46,072 nt of DNA, from IMG/VR virus record IMGVR_UViG_3300042894_006602; one strand, given 5' to 3'. This document shows, one piece after another, positions 26,520 to 36,333 of this stretch. A program made the position numbers and the translations under genes. This DNA comes from a virus (taxonomy: Duplodnaviria; Heunggongvirae; Uroviricota; Caudoviricetes). Below the pieces are notes generated by a model. It searched no databases and was not told where the DNA came from. It saw nothing but the letters and a program-made list of their open reading frames with translations. Each line of letters begins with the position of its first letter. Within the stretch, counting starts at the first letter, position 1.

Positions 26520-27251
26520 ATGATAAGTGCGTTGGTAATAGGAGAGACTTGTATAGATAAATTTATTTATTGTGAGGCATTGAGATTTTCACCAGAAGCT
26601 CCAGTTCCTGTCCTGACTCAATTAGAAGTTGTTGAAAATACAGGTATGTCAGGAAATGTTGTAAGAAATTTACAATCTATTTGTGATCTAAACGTTACTC
26701 ACATACATCAAAAACAATCAATAACTAAAACAAGATTTGTTGAAAGAAAGAGCAATCATATGTTTATACGTTTTGATGAAGGAGAAAAAGACATAGATAA
26801 ATTTATAGATGATATAGATTTTAGTTTATATGATTTTGTCATTGTTAGTGACTATAATAAAGGATTTTTATCAGATAATGATTTGATTAAAATTTCAAAA
26901 TCTTCAAATCTTTCAATTTTGGATTCTAAAAGAAAACTCACTACTGATATAATTCAAAATTTTACTTTTATTAAACTGAATGAAAAGGAATTAGATAATA
27001 ATATAGAGTTTCAAAAATATAAAAACATCATCACTACTTTAGGAAGTAAAGGTTCTATGTTTTGTGGTAAAATTTATCCCAGTCCTAATCCACAAGAAAC
27101 TATTGATGTAAGTGGAGCAGGTGATACATTTACATCATCGTTTATATTAAAATACTTTCAGACAAAAGATGTTGAAACTTCAATAATTTTTGCAAATGAA
27201 ATGTCTTCAATAGTTGTATCAAAAAGAGGAGTATCAACTCCTAATCAATAG
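26520..27251 (+). CDS. PfkB-family sugar kinase, HldE/RfaE domain I-like (heptose-7-phosphate kinase-like)
   Basis: VIGETCIDKF...RFSPEAPVPV, SDYNKGFL, IDVSGAGDTF. Confidence 0.85.
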   Translation: MISALVIGETCIDKFIYCEALRFSPEAPVPVLTQLEVVENTGMSGNVVRNLQSICDLNVTHIHQKQSITKTRFVERKSNHMFIRFDEGEKDIDKFIDDIDFSLYDFVIVSDYNKGFLSDNDLIKISKSSNLSILDSKRKLTTDIIQNFTFIKLNEKELDNNIEFQKYKNIITTLGSKGSMFCGKIYPSPNPQETIDVSGAGDTFTSSFILKYFQTKDVETSIIFANEMSSIVVSKRGVSTPNQ

Positions 27252-28740
27252 TTGCAATAACTGTCAATTTTTCTAATCCTCTTTGAACCATCTTTACCGG
27301 AAAGCCCCATAGATATTTAATATGTGGTAGAACTTTATCAACTTCATTAATATCTAATTCTCTGTCATTAAGTGGAGTATATTCTAAAGTAAGACTTCGG
27401 TTACCATAAACATCTACATTATAAACTTGAATATCTGGAATATATCTACTTCTATTATAGAATTCTGAAAGAGATTGTCTAACCTTCTTATAACCCTCAT
27501 TGTTATGAATTGAACTAACTTTATAGAAGTTAGAATCTGATTCATCAGAAATTTCAAACAATCTCATATCTCTCATTACTTTAGGGGAAAGATATTGTAA
27601 GACAAATGTTTCATCTTTAAAGTTTTCAACAATCCACCTAAAATTCTCAGACCAATTTCCTTTACCGGCAATATCGGGAAACCATTTTAAATCCTCTGGC
27701 GTTGGATCTAATGACATCCTTTTTAAGTCAGAAAATATATTAAAACCAAGAGTGTATGGATTTAATCCAGAATAATATTTAGAATCAAAACCTGGCTGAA
27801 AAACCACATTAGAGTGGTGATGCATAAATTCTAACATAAAACCGTCATCTAAATATCCTTCTTCAAACATTTTATTTACTATCTCATAATGACAAAATGT
27901 AGCACAGCCTTCATTGATAACTTTAGTTTGACCCTGTGGGTAAAAATATTGAGACACCTTTCTAACAATACGAACTATTTCTCTTTGCCAAGCTTTTAAT
28001 TTAGGAGAATTTTTTTCAATGAAGTAAAGAATATTTTCTTCAGGTTGAGATGGAAATCTTTCTTTTCTTTTTCTTTTCTGATCTTCTTTTGGAAGAGTTC
28101 TCCAAATATCATCTAATAAAACTCTATCGTCTTCAATTTTTTTCTTTAATCTTTCATGCTCTTCTTTTGGAGATAATTTAGTTGGCTTTTTATACTTATC
28201 AACTCCATAGTTCATAAGAGCATGGCAAGAATCTAAAACCATCTCAACTTCTTCATAACCGTATTTTTCTTCACACTTCGCAATAAAGTTTTTAGCAAAT
28301 AACATATAATCGATAATGGAATCAGCTTGGGTCCATTGCTTAAAAAGATAATTGTTCTTAAAGAAGTGGTTGTGACCATAAGCTGCATGAGCCAGAACTA
28401 AAACCATTAGACAAGTTGTATTATCTTCCATATTATACGATATACAAGGATTTGAGTTAATAACTAACTCATAAGCAAGTCCCATTCTTCCTTTCTTATA
28501 ATTGTTAGAATTTACAACAAAATCTTTTCCGAATTTCCAGTGATTATAAGAAAGTGGAAGACCAATAAGTGAGTAAGCATCCAACATCTGTTCTGATGAT
28601 GTAATCTCAAATTGATTGGGATAAATATCCAAACCTAAATAATCTTTTGCAATTTTAGAAACTACATTATCAGCTTGAATGATTGTTTCATCATTCCAGT
28701 CAGATTTTGAAAATAGTTGTCTTATATCTTTCTTTTTCAT
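27241..28740 (-). CDS. spoVR: SpoVR/YcgB family protein
   Basis: YNHWKFGK, GLAYELVINSNPCISY, AHAAYGHNHFFKNNY, QTKVINEGCA, NPYTLG. Confidence 0.93.
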   Translation of the reverse strand: MKKKDIRQLFSKSDWNDETIIQADNVVSKIAKDYLGLDIYPNQFEITSSEQMLDAYSLIGLPLSYNHWKFGKDFVVNSNNYKKGRMGLAYELVINSNPCISYNMEDNTTCLMVLVLAHAAYGHNHFFKNNYLFKQWTQADSIIDYMLFAKNFIAKCEEKYGYEEVEMVLDSCHALMNYGVDKYKKPTKLSPKEEHERLKKKIEDDRVLLDDIWRTLPKEDQKRKRKERFPSQPEENILYFIEKNSPKLKAWQREIVRIVRKVSQYFYPQGQTKVINEGCATFCHYEIVNKMFEEGYLDDGFMLEFMHHHSNVVFQPGFDSKYYSGLNPYTLGFNIFSDLKRMSLDPTPEDLKWFPDIAGKGNWSENFRWIVENFKDETFVLQYLSPKVMRDMRLFEISDESDSNFYKVSSIHNNEGYKKVRQSLSEFYNRSRYIPDIQVYNVDVYGNRSLTLEYTPLNDRELDINEVDKVLPHIKYLWGFPVKMVQRGLEKLTVIATID

Positions 28741-30006
28741 TTAAGCTGTTTTCTTTTTAAAGAAATCTTGAAACACTGTCCAGATTTCACTCACTTCGTG
28801 TATTTTTCCAATCTCAAAATTATTTCTCTTTTCAGAAAGTAATTTATAATTACCCCAAAGGTCACCATCATTCTGACGACAGACTTCAATATAAATCATA
28901 TATTGAATTTTATTTAGGATATCAGCATCTAAAATTTTATAACAATCATCCGCATCTGCTCTGTTCCAAACATCACCATCAGATGCTTGAGCTGCATAAA
29001 TGTTCCAATCTTTTGAATATCTTTCTTTAATAATCTTATTCATCAATTCAAGAGCTGGAGCAACTACTGTACCACCTGTTTCTTTACTATTAAAGAACTC
29101 TTCTTCATTAACTTCTTTTGCTTCTGTGTGGTGTCTAATAAAAACAATATCAATTTTTTCATATTGTTTAGTTAAAAACATATAAAGAAGCATAAAAAAT
29201 CTTTTAGCAATATCTTTTTCTTTTTCACCCATTGAACCAGATATATCCATAATACAGAACATAACAGCACAAGTAGTTGGTATAGCGACTTTTTCAAAGT
29301 TATTGTACTGAAGGTCAACTTCTTCCATAAATGAAACAGATAATTTCATTTTTTTCAACTTGTCTAATTCTGTTTCTAATTCTAATCTTCTTTCTTTAGT
29401 TAGAGTATCATCTTCCAATAATTTCTCTACATCTTTAATTTTTTTATCAAAAAAGAATCCTAAAGCCATTCTACGAGCCATAGAATTTTTGAAAGACTTT
29501 ACAACATTTAATCTACTTGGATTTCCGTAATTGGAAAAGCCAGCTCTTTTTTGTTTCCAATCAACTATTGTATTAAGATGTTTTTTCACCATATCTGGAA
29601 GTTCCAAATCCGCAAAAAAGTAATCTAAAAACTCTTCTCTACTAATTGAAACAGTGAATTCATCCTCTGAAGTTGAAGGATCGTTTGAGCCCTGTCTTCC
29701 GCCTTTTCCTTTTCCACCACCATCTGGTTTTTTAATTTTATCACCAGGTACATACTCTTTATTTCCAGGATGAACATATTTTTTATCACCTGATTCTTTA
29801 TCGTAAGTAAATTGTGGTTCGGAGATTCCTTTTACTGGAACTTTTACTTTTTCTTTAGATGATGTGATATCCTTAATTCCAGAACCTTTAACAATGTCAG
29901 GTAAGGCCTTTTTGATTTGACCTTCAATCCTTTTGAGAAACCTCTGACGATTTTCAGAGGATTTCCCTTTTGGATTTTTTCTTCTATCTACTATGTTTAT
30001 TGACAT
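28741..30006 (-). CDS. yeaH: YeaH/YhbH family vWA-domain protein
   Basis: IVDRRKN..KS..NRQRF, LELP, AVMFCIMDISGSM, FIRHHT, ETGGTVVA, YAAQASDGD. Confidence 0.93.
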   Translation of the reverse strand: MSINIVDRRKNPKGKSSENRQRFLKRIEGQIKKALPDIVKGSGIKDITSSKEKVKVPVKGISEPQFTYDKESGDKKYVHPGNKEYVPGDKIKKPDGGGKGKGGRQGSNDPSTSEDEFTVSISREEFLDYFFADLELPDMVKKHLNTIVDWKQKRAGFSNYGNPSRLNVVKSFKNSMARRMALGFFFDKKIKDVEKLLEDDTLTKERRLELETELDKLKKMKLSVSFMEEVDLQYNNFEKVAIPTTCAVMFCIMDISGSMGEKEKDIAKRFFMLLYMFLTKQYEKIDIVFIRHHTEAKEVNEEEFFNSKETGGTVVAPALELMNKIIKERYSKDWNIYAAQASDGDVWNRADADDCYKILDADILNKIQYMIYIEVCRQNDGDLWGNYKLLSEKRNNFEIGKIHEVSEIWTVFQDFFKKKTA

Positions 30007-30118
30007 TGAATATTTTTTTTATTTTTCTTTTTCGTTCTCTCTTTCTTAAAAATTCAAAAAACGATTTATTCATTTGTTCTCGAGACTTATCAATATCTAT
30101 TCCTCTATCAGGTGACAT
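29984..30118 (-). CDS. Micro-ORF (44 aa) between prkA and yeaH, not in the track
   Basis: Translated by hand: MSPDRGIDIDKSREQMNKSFFEFLRKRERKRKIKKIFNVNKHSR*. It starts 4 nt after the prkA stop and overlaps the yeaH start. Confidence 0.6.
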   Translation of the reverse strand: MSPDRGIDIDKSREQMNKSFFEFLRKRERKRKIKKIFNVNKHSR

Positions 30119-30121
30119 AAA

Positions 30122-32044
30122 CTAGCCGTTCTTCCTAACTCTCAAATACCAATCTGTCAATAATTTGATTTGCTTATTAGTATAACCTCTCTCTTTCATT
30201 CTATTAACAAACTCAGAATGTTTCTTTTCCTCATCTTTAGAAGTTTTTCCAGTAAATGAGATTACAGGAATTAAATCTTCAGTTTTAGAGAATATTCTTT
30301 TCTCAATAACATTCTTAATTTTCTCATAAGAATCCCAAGAAGGAGACTTACTATTTTTAGCCTTATGTCTTAAATAAAATTGAACAATATCATTTCTGAA
30401 ATCTTTTGGATTTGCAATACCAGCTGGTTTTTCAATCTTTTCCAATTCTTCATTAAGAGCACCACGATCAAATTGTTGACCAGTTTCTGGATCTCTGTAA
30501 TCATTATCTTGACACCAATGGTCAGCATAAGTGATATATCTTTCAAATAGATTTTGACCATATTCTTGATAAGAATCTACATAAGCTTTTTGAATTTCAT
30601 CACCGATAAATTCAGCATATTTGTTAGTCATTGTCGATTTAAGAATGTTTAGATAGAATTCTTCAACTTCTTTGCTCATTTGAGCCTTAATGATCTCTTG
30701 TTCTAATACGTAAAAAAGATGAACTGGATTTGCCGCAACTTCTTCAGAATCGTGGTTGAATACTTTAGAAAGAACTTTAAAAGCGAAACGAGTTGAAATA
30801 CCATTCATACCTTCAGTGATACCACCATCATCTTTATATTCCTGTAAGGATTTTGCTTTTGGATCTGATTCTTTTAAGTTTTCACCGTTATAAACTCTCA
30901 TTTTAGAATACATTAATGAGTTTTCTGGTCTTTTCATTCTTGTCATAACACAGAATTGAGCCAACATTTCTAATGTTTTAGGAGCACAAGGTGCTTCTGA
31001 TAAAGATGAGTGTTTTAATAACTTATTGTAAATCTCAACTTCTTCATCAATACGTAGACAATAAGGAACTCTTACAATATAAACACGGTCTAAGAAAGCT
31101 TCATTCTTTTTATCATTAGAAAAAGTTTCCCATTCAGACTCATTAGAGTGAGCAAGTAAAATGCCCTGAAAAGGAATAGCTGGTAAGTTTTCAGTTCCGT
31201 TGAAATTACCTTCTTGTGTTGCTGTAAGTAACGGATGTAGTAATTTAATTGGAGCTTTAAACATTTCAACAAACTCCATAAGTCCTTGATTAGATTTACA
31301 AAGTGAACCTGAATAAGAATAAGCATCAGCATCATTTTGTGGAAATTCAGCTAATTTTCTGATATCAACTTTTCCAACAAGTGCTGAAATATCCTGATTG
31401 TTTTCGTCACCTGGTTCAACTTTTGAAATACCAACTTGTGAAGATATTGAACACTTCAGTCTTCTTACTTTGAATTTAGTGATATCACCATCAAATTCAG
31501 CTAATCTTTTTGTAGCCCAAGGTGATGGACAAGAAGGAACATATCTTCTATGAACATCATATTCTTCTTCTAACTCTGTTCTATAATTTGAGAATAAACC
31601 AAGTGGATTTTCCCACACTGGTGAAACTTCACCATCAGCTACAAGAACATAAATGTAACTTTTCTCCATAAGTTGTTTTAATCTTTCAGCTAAAGATGAT
31701 TTACCACCACCAACTGGTCCAAGTAGATAAAGAATTTGTTTCTTTTCTTCAAGACCCTGAGCAGCGTGTTTGAAAAAAGACACAATTTGTTCGATTGTAT
31801 CTTCCATACCAAAGAATTCAGAAAAAGCTGGATATCTTTTAATAACTCTATTTGAGTAGATACGGCTAAGTCTCTCGTCTAATTTAGTATCAATTAGTTC
31901 AGGTTTACCAATAGCATCTAACATTCTTTCAGCCGGAGAGGCATAAGTTAATTTATCTTTTTTACAAAGTTCTAAGTAATCCTGAATAGTTAGGTCTTTT
32001 TCAGTTTGAGTAAAATCTTTCTTGATTGTGTTTAATAGACTCAT
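30122..32044 (-). CDS. prkA: PrkA/YeaG family AAA+ ATPase / Ser-Thr kinase
   Basis: FFGME, LLGPVGGGKSSLAE (Walker A), GDENNQDISALVGK, EFVEMFKAP, AHSNESE, VRVPYCL. Confidence 0.95.
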   Translation of the reverse strand: MSLLNTIKKDFTQTEKDLTIQDYLELCKKDKLTYASPAERMLDAIGKPELIDTKLDERLSRIYSNRVIKRYPAFSEFFGMEDTIEQIVSFFKHAAQGLEEKKQILYLLGPVGGGKSSLAERLKQLMEKSYIYVLVADGEVSPVWENPLGLFSNYRTELEEEYDVHRRYVPSCPSPWATKRLAEFDGDITKFKVRRLKCSISSQVGISKVEPGDENNQDISALVGKVDIRKLAEFPQNDADAYSYSGSLCKSNQGLMEFVEMFKAPIKLLHPLLTATQEGNFNGTENLPAIPFQGILLAHSNESEWETFSNDKKNEAFLDRVYIVRVPYCLRIDEEVEIYNKLLKHSSLSEAPCAPKTLEMLAQFCVMTRMKRPENSLMYSKMRVYNGENLKESDPKAKSLQEYKDDGGITEGMNGISTRFAFKVLSKVFNHDSEEVAANPVHLFYVLEQEIIKAQMSKEVEEFYLNILKSTMTNKYAEFIGDEIQKAYVDSYQEYGQNLFERYITYADHWCQDNDYRDPETGQQFDRGALNEELEKIEKPAGIANPKDFRNDIVQFYLRHKAKNSKSPSWDSYEKIKNVIEKRIFSKTEDLIPVISFTGKTSKDEEKKHSEFVNRMKERGYTNKQIKLLTDWYLRVRKNG

Positions 32045-32139
32045 TTGATTTCGTTATTTTTTAATTTATAGTTGCTAGGATATATATTGTTTAATCTCTT
32101 TCTTAAATAAACGGAAATGAAAAAATAATATATAATAAT

Positions 32140-32706
32140 ATGAAAATTATAAAATTTACCGAATTTATTAAAGAAGATGTTATGGAAACACCATCAAACA
32201 TGACATCAACTGCTCTTACTCAACTTAAAAAAAGAATTGACAAGTTATTTGAATTTCAACAAGATGAGTTTACAGATCAGACAGAAGAAAAAGAATTAAA
32301 ACCTAAAAGAGTTCAAAAAAAGTCAAAAGAAAAAATGACTTTTGAAGATTTGGGTGTAAGATTAGAAAGTTCAGAAGTTTCTAAATATTCTAAATTACAT
32401 GATTCTTTAACTGTAAAATTTTCAGACGACCAGTTCACATATACATTAATAATATCAATCGACATCAAAGAAGGTATGCCTAAAAAAGAAGATAAATCTA
32501 TGATGTGTGATATCAAATTCAAAAAGTATGATTTGGATACCTTTGAAATAATTGGTCAACTTCCAAGTCCAATTGATGGTGATAAATCCGAATACTTGAA
32601 AGTAGAAATAGATAAAATTGACGAAGAGTATTTAATTGACTTAAAGATTAAATTAGATGATTCTACAAACGAAGAACAAGAAGAATTTGAAATAGAAACA
32701 GAATAG
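32140..32706 (+). CDS. Acidic hypothetical protein with capsid-targeting-like leader (MKIIKFTEFIKE)
   Basis: Leader pattern, with TAATATATA at 32126..32134. Confidence 0.75.
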   Translation: MKIIKFTEFIKEDVMETPSNMTSTALTQLKKRIDKLFEFQQDEFTDQTEEKELKPKRVQKKSKEKMTFEDLGVRLESSEVSKYSKLHDSLTVKFSDDQFTYTLIISIDIKEGMPKKEDKSMMCDIKFKKYDLDTFEIIGQLPSPIDGDKSEYLKVEIDKIDEEYLIDLKIKLDDSTNEEQEEFEIETE

Positions 32707-32734
32707 GAAGATTATTTATTTTAATAAATAGTCT

Positions 32735-33247
32735 ATGGCATTATTTGTAGTTTGTGGTTATCACACAATTCAGGAATTCAAAAGATCGAGATATTTTCGA
32801 GTCAACTTAGGACTTGTTCAAACAATTGACAAGGGTGGAAGAAGACTATTCAATGACAAAGATAAGTTTTCCCATTTTTACAATAATCAGTATCGTGCAA
32901 CGATTTACGGACAAGGTAACATAGGTGATTTAAAATTTTACACTGACCATTTTATAAAAGACAACACAATTGCTGTATATTACAATGAAACATTTGAAGA
33001 GTTCTTATTTGATATGAATTATGAACTAATTAAAGTAAAGGGTATTGATTTTTATATTGGACATATTTTAAAGAGTGTAGAAGAAAAATACGAAGAAAGA
33101 GTTAAAAAAGAAGAACTCAGAAAACTCGAACCTCAAAATGTTGGAAATCCAGAAATGATTACAATGAATCCAGGAGCAGTAAGTTACGCTGACTTAAAAG
33201 CATATTTGGATAAAAGGAATAAAGAAAGATATAAAAATAACTTATAG
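32735..33247 (+). CDS. Hypothetical protein (170 aa)
   Basis: ORF track. Confidence 0.75.
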   Translation: MALFVVCGYHTIQEFKRSRYFRVNLGLVQTIDKGGRRLFNDKDKFSHFYNNQYRATIYGQGNIGDLKFYTDHFIKDNTIAVYYNETFEEFLFDMNYELIKVKGIDFYIGHILKSVEEKYEERVKKEELRKLEPQNVGNPEMITMNPGAVSYADLKAYLDKRNKERYKNNL

Positions 33248-33249
33248 AT

Positions 33250-34245
33250 ATGAAACTAACCAGAGTAATAACTCTTAAAATGTCAGGCGAAGATGTAAAA
33301 TTTTTACAATCAAAATTAAAAGAATACGGATTTTTCAATAATAAAATTGATGGATATTTTGGTCAAAATACTCTAATGTCGGTTGTTAATTTTCAAAAAT
33401 CAGTTGGAATTAAAGCAGATGGTGTTGTTGGTTTACAAACTTGGTCACAAATAATACATTTTCATGCTAATAAAAATAGGTCTCAAATTGTTGCAGAAAA
33501 AGTTGAAGTAAAAGAAACCGCATCATTTGTTGGTTTAGATGGTTTAAAAATATACGATAATCTCTTAACAGACGAAGAATACTATAAAGAAGAAATATCC
33601 AAAAATACATTATGGTTACATCACACAGCTGGTGGTTCGAGACCTGATTGGACAATAGGTGGTTGGGAAAAGGATTTTCAAAAAGATGAAAATGGAAATG
33701 CAGAGTTAGATTCTTTTGGAAAACAAATACCCGTTAGAGTTGGAACTCAATATGTTATTGGTAGAAGGTCATCTTCATCAGATGATAAATCTTGGGATGG
33801 TAAAATACTTAGAGCCTTTGATGATAAATATTGGGCTTACCATTTAGGTATTTCCAGAAATTCAAGAATGTTAAACTCTAGATCGATTGGAATTGAAATT
33901 TGTAATTACGGACCACTTACACTTAATAATAACGGCGTTTTCTTTAATTATGTTAATAGACCAATCAGAGAAAATGAAGTTATTGAATTAGAAACGCCAT
34001 TCAGAGGATATAAATATTGGGAAAAGTATACAGATTTGCAATTAGAAAATTTAAGAAAATTAATACTTCATTTAAGTAGTAAATGGGGTATTCAATATGA
34101 CAAAGGTATCTATGATTTAAATTGGTTCGAGTACAATGAAAGATGGTTCACAACAGGCGGACTTAGAACTCACACACAAGTTAGAAGAGATAAGTTTGAT
34201 TTATTTCCACAACCTGAACTAATTCAAGTATTAAATAGCCTTTAG
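33250..34245 (+). CDS. Endolysin: N-terminal peptidoglycan-binding domain + N-acetylmuramoyl-L-alanine amidase
   Basis: MSGEDVKFLQSKL...DGYFGQNT..SV..FQK..GIKADGVVG (PG_binding_1). WLHHTAG, AYHLG, SIGIEICNYG, HTQVR..KFD (amidase_2). Confidence 0.9.
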   Translation: MKLTRVITLKMSGEDVKFLQSKLKEYGFFNNKIDGYFGQNTLMSVVNFQKSVGIKADGVVGLQTWSQIIHFHANKNRSQIVAEKVEVKETASFVGLDGLKIYDNLLTDEEYYKEEISKNTLWLHHTAGGSRPDWTIGGWEKDFQKDENGNAELDSFGKQIPVRVGTQYVIGRRSSSSDDKSWDGKILRAFDDKYWAYHLGISRNSRMLNSRSIGIEICNYGPLTLNNNGVFFNYVNRPIRENEVIELETPFRGYKYWEKYTDLQLENLRKLILHLSSKWGIQYDKGIYDLNWFEYNERWFTTGGLRTHTQVRRDKFDLFPQPELIQVLNSL

Positions 34246-34485
34246 TGCTTTTATAATTGATATTTTATCTTCAAGCTCTAAATCTTCAAAATCATAGTTT
34301 ATATCATATTCTGGAAGTTCAAATACATGTAATATAATTCTATTATCAAATTCATCAAATTCTATGGTATTGATAGTGCAAAAACTAAGTGGTACGTCAA
34401 CAATAATTTCACATATACCGTTTCCAAGCCTTTTAATTTCAGATAAAGCTTTATTTTTTAAATAAGAATTATATAATCCATTCAT
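34231..34485 (-). CDS. Hypothetical protein (84 aa)
   Basis: ORF track, convergent with the endolysin. Confidence 0.6.
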   Translation of the reverse strand: MNGLYNSYLKNKALSEIKRLGNGICEIIVDVPLSFCTINTIEFDEFDNRIILHVFELPEYDINYDFEDLELEDKISIIKALKAI

Positions 34486-34559
34486 ATAGATATATATTTT
34501 TTTATTTTTTTATAAATAAATAGAACCATTTTAAAAATGAAAAATTAATATATAATGAT

Positions 34560-35801
34560 ATGAAAGTTTTTAAATATTCAGAATTCTTAACTGAAAGTAA
34601 AATTGAAGAACTACTTTTAGAATCAAAAGTGGTCTTTTCTAAGAAGTTCTTAAATCTTCTTAATAGAATGAGAACAAATAAAATTGCATCTGAGTTAATA
34701 AACATATACTCAAAAGATTTTAATATACAACACAATTATATTGATATAACTGATAATAAAGAAGAAGTTTCTTTTACACCAGATAGAAAAGTTCAAGAAT
34801 TAACTAAAGATAAACCAGAAGTATATAAAGTAGGAACTCGTAGACAATTGACTCATAATTCTAGCAATGATAGTATTTTTGATAAACTTGGCTATGATAG
34901 ATATAAAGACTATTGGACACCAAATGATGGTCAAAAAGGTTTGATTAAATCAGAAACTGTAAGTCCTACATCTGGTAAAGTATTTGTTCTTTTTGAAGAA
35001 CTAACAGATGGTGACGAAAAAAGATATGCTGTTTTAAATAAAGACTGTTTAAGTTTATCAGAATTTGATGATTCTAATATATGGAAAACATCCAGAAATC
35101 CAATAAGAATTGGAAGACTTGTTAGACCACTTTTAAGAACAGCTGGTATTGCAGTAACTGATAGAGAAGTTGAAGAATTTACAAATCAATGGAAAGCAAC
35201 TTATGATTTTGCAGCAGATGTTTTAAAACAATTTGATGTTGTTAAAGGAAGCACTATTGCTTATTGGTATGATTATGAGAAATATGTTGATGGTGGTGGA
35301 ACACTAAACAACTCTTGTATGGCTGAAGTTGATTCAGATTACTTTGAAATCTACACATCTAATAAACAAGTATCTTTAGTTATACTTTATGATGATAACG
35401 GACAAGTTCAAGATGGAAAATACACATCAACTAAAATTAAAGGTAGAGCAATTCTTTGGGATGCTGAAATTAATGGAGTAAAAGAAATGTTTATGGATAG
35501 AATCTACACAACTTTTGATTCAGACACTGACTTATTCAAACAATTTGCTCAAAAAAACGGCTGGTTCTATAAAGATTCTCAAAGTATGACACCAAGAGAA
35601 AACATTACAAATGGAACATCTACGTCAAGACCCGAAATTATTGTCAAATTAGATAATGCTAACTGTGAATATTATCCTTACTGTGATACTATGTGTTTTT
35701 GTTATCCATCATCTAATGAATTAAGAAACACACAAGATGACGAAGATGGATCAATGAGAGTTCTTCGTTCAACAGAAGGTGAATATTATGATGAATATTA
35801 A
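34560..35801 (+). CDS. Conserved-looking phage protein with capsid-targeting-like leader (MKVFKYSEFLTE) and SCM...RAILW...DRIY...YPYCDT motifs
   Basis: Leader pattern, TTAATATATA at 34545..34554 and motifs seen in the translation. Confidence 0.75.
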   Translation: MKVFKYSEFLTESKIEELLLESKVVFSKKFLNLLNRMRTNKIASELINIYSKDFNIQHNYIDITDNKEEVSFTPDRKVQELTKDKPEVYKVGTRRQLTHNSSNDSIFDKLGYDRYKDYWTPNDGQKGLIKSETVSPTSGKVFVLFEELTDGDEKRYAVLNKDCLSLSEFDDSNIWKTSRNPIRIGRLVRPLLRTAGIAVTDREVEEFTNQWKATYDFAADVLKQFDVVKGSTIAYWYDYEKYVDGGGTLNNSCMAEVDSDYFEIYTSNKQVSLVILYDDNGQVQDGKYTSTKIKGRAILWDAEINGVKEMFMDRIYTTFDSDTDLFKQFAQKNGWFYKDSQSMTPRENITNGTSTSRPEIIVKLDNANCEYYPYCDTMCFCYPSSNELRNTQDDEDGSMRVLRSTEGEYYDEY

Positions 35802-35803
35802 TT

Positions 35804-36241
35804 ATGAAGATAAAAAAAACATATACAGAATTCATTAAAGAAAGTTCAGAGTTTATTGATGAAAAAACTATTAAAGAAGTTTTCATTGATTTAATTGATA
35901 TGGACTTTAGTTTCCGAATGTTAAGCAACAACATTACTTCTAAACAAAATGGAAAATGGTATATTGATATTAGCAAAAAAGTAGAAAGTAAATATGATTA
36001 TATAGAAAATGACTCTTCATATGGAGTCACTAATTTAGAACCAATGAAATTAGATATTACTAAAGTTTTAGACATTTTACAGTCGGCTAAAGAGACATTA
36101 ATGAGTATGGAATACACAGTTGGTTATGAAATTGAATTCAACTTTAATGACCAAAGTCATTTTTTTATTTCCTGTCATATTCAACACAATGATACTATTG
36201 GAGATGAAGATGATAGATTAGGTGATAATGAATGGCGATGA
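35804..36241 (+). CDS. Hypothetical protein with leader MKIKKTYTEFIKE; member of the IxDxLxxLxD paralogue family
   Basis: Leader followed by TIKEVFIDLIDMDF. Confidence 0.75.
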   Translation: MKIKKTYTEFIKESSEFIDEKTIKEVFIDLIDMDFSFRMLSNNITSKQNGKWYIDISKKVESKYDYIENDSSYGVTNLEPMKLDITKVLDILQSAKETLMSMEYTVGYEIEFNFNDQSHFFISCHIQHNDTIGDEDDRLGDNEWR

Positions 36242-36333
36242 TTTATTTCTATTACGGGATTTTAGAAAAAACAATAAAGATGATTACATGATGAAGAACC
36301 AAGAGGAAATGATGAATATTAAAAATATAAAAT

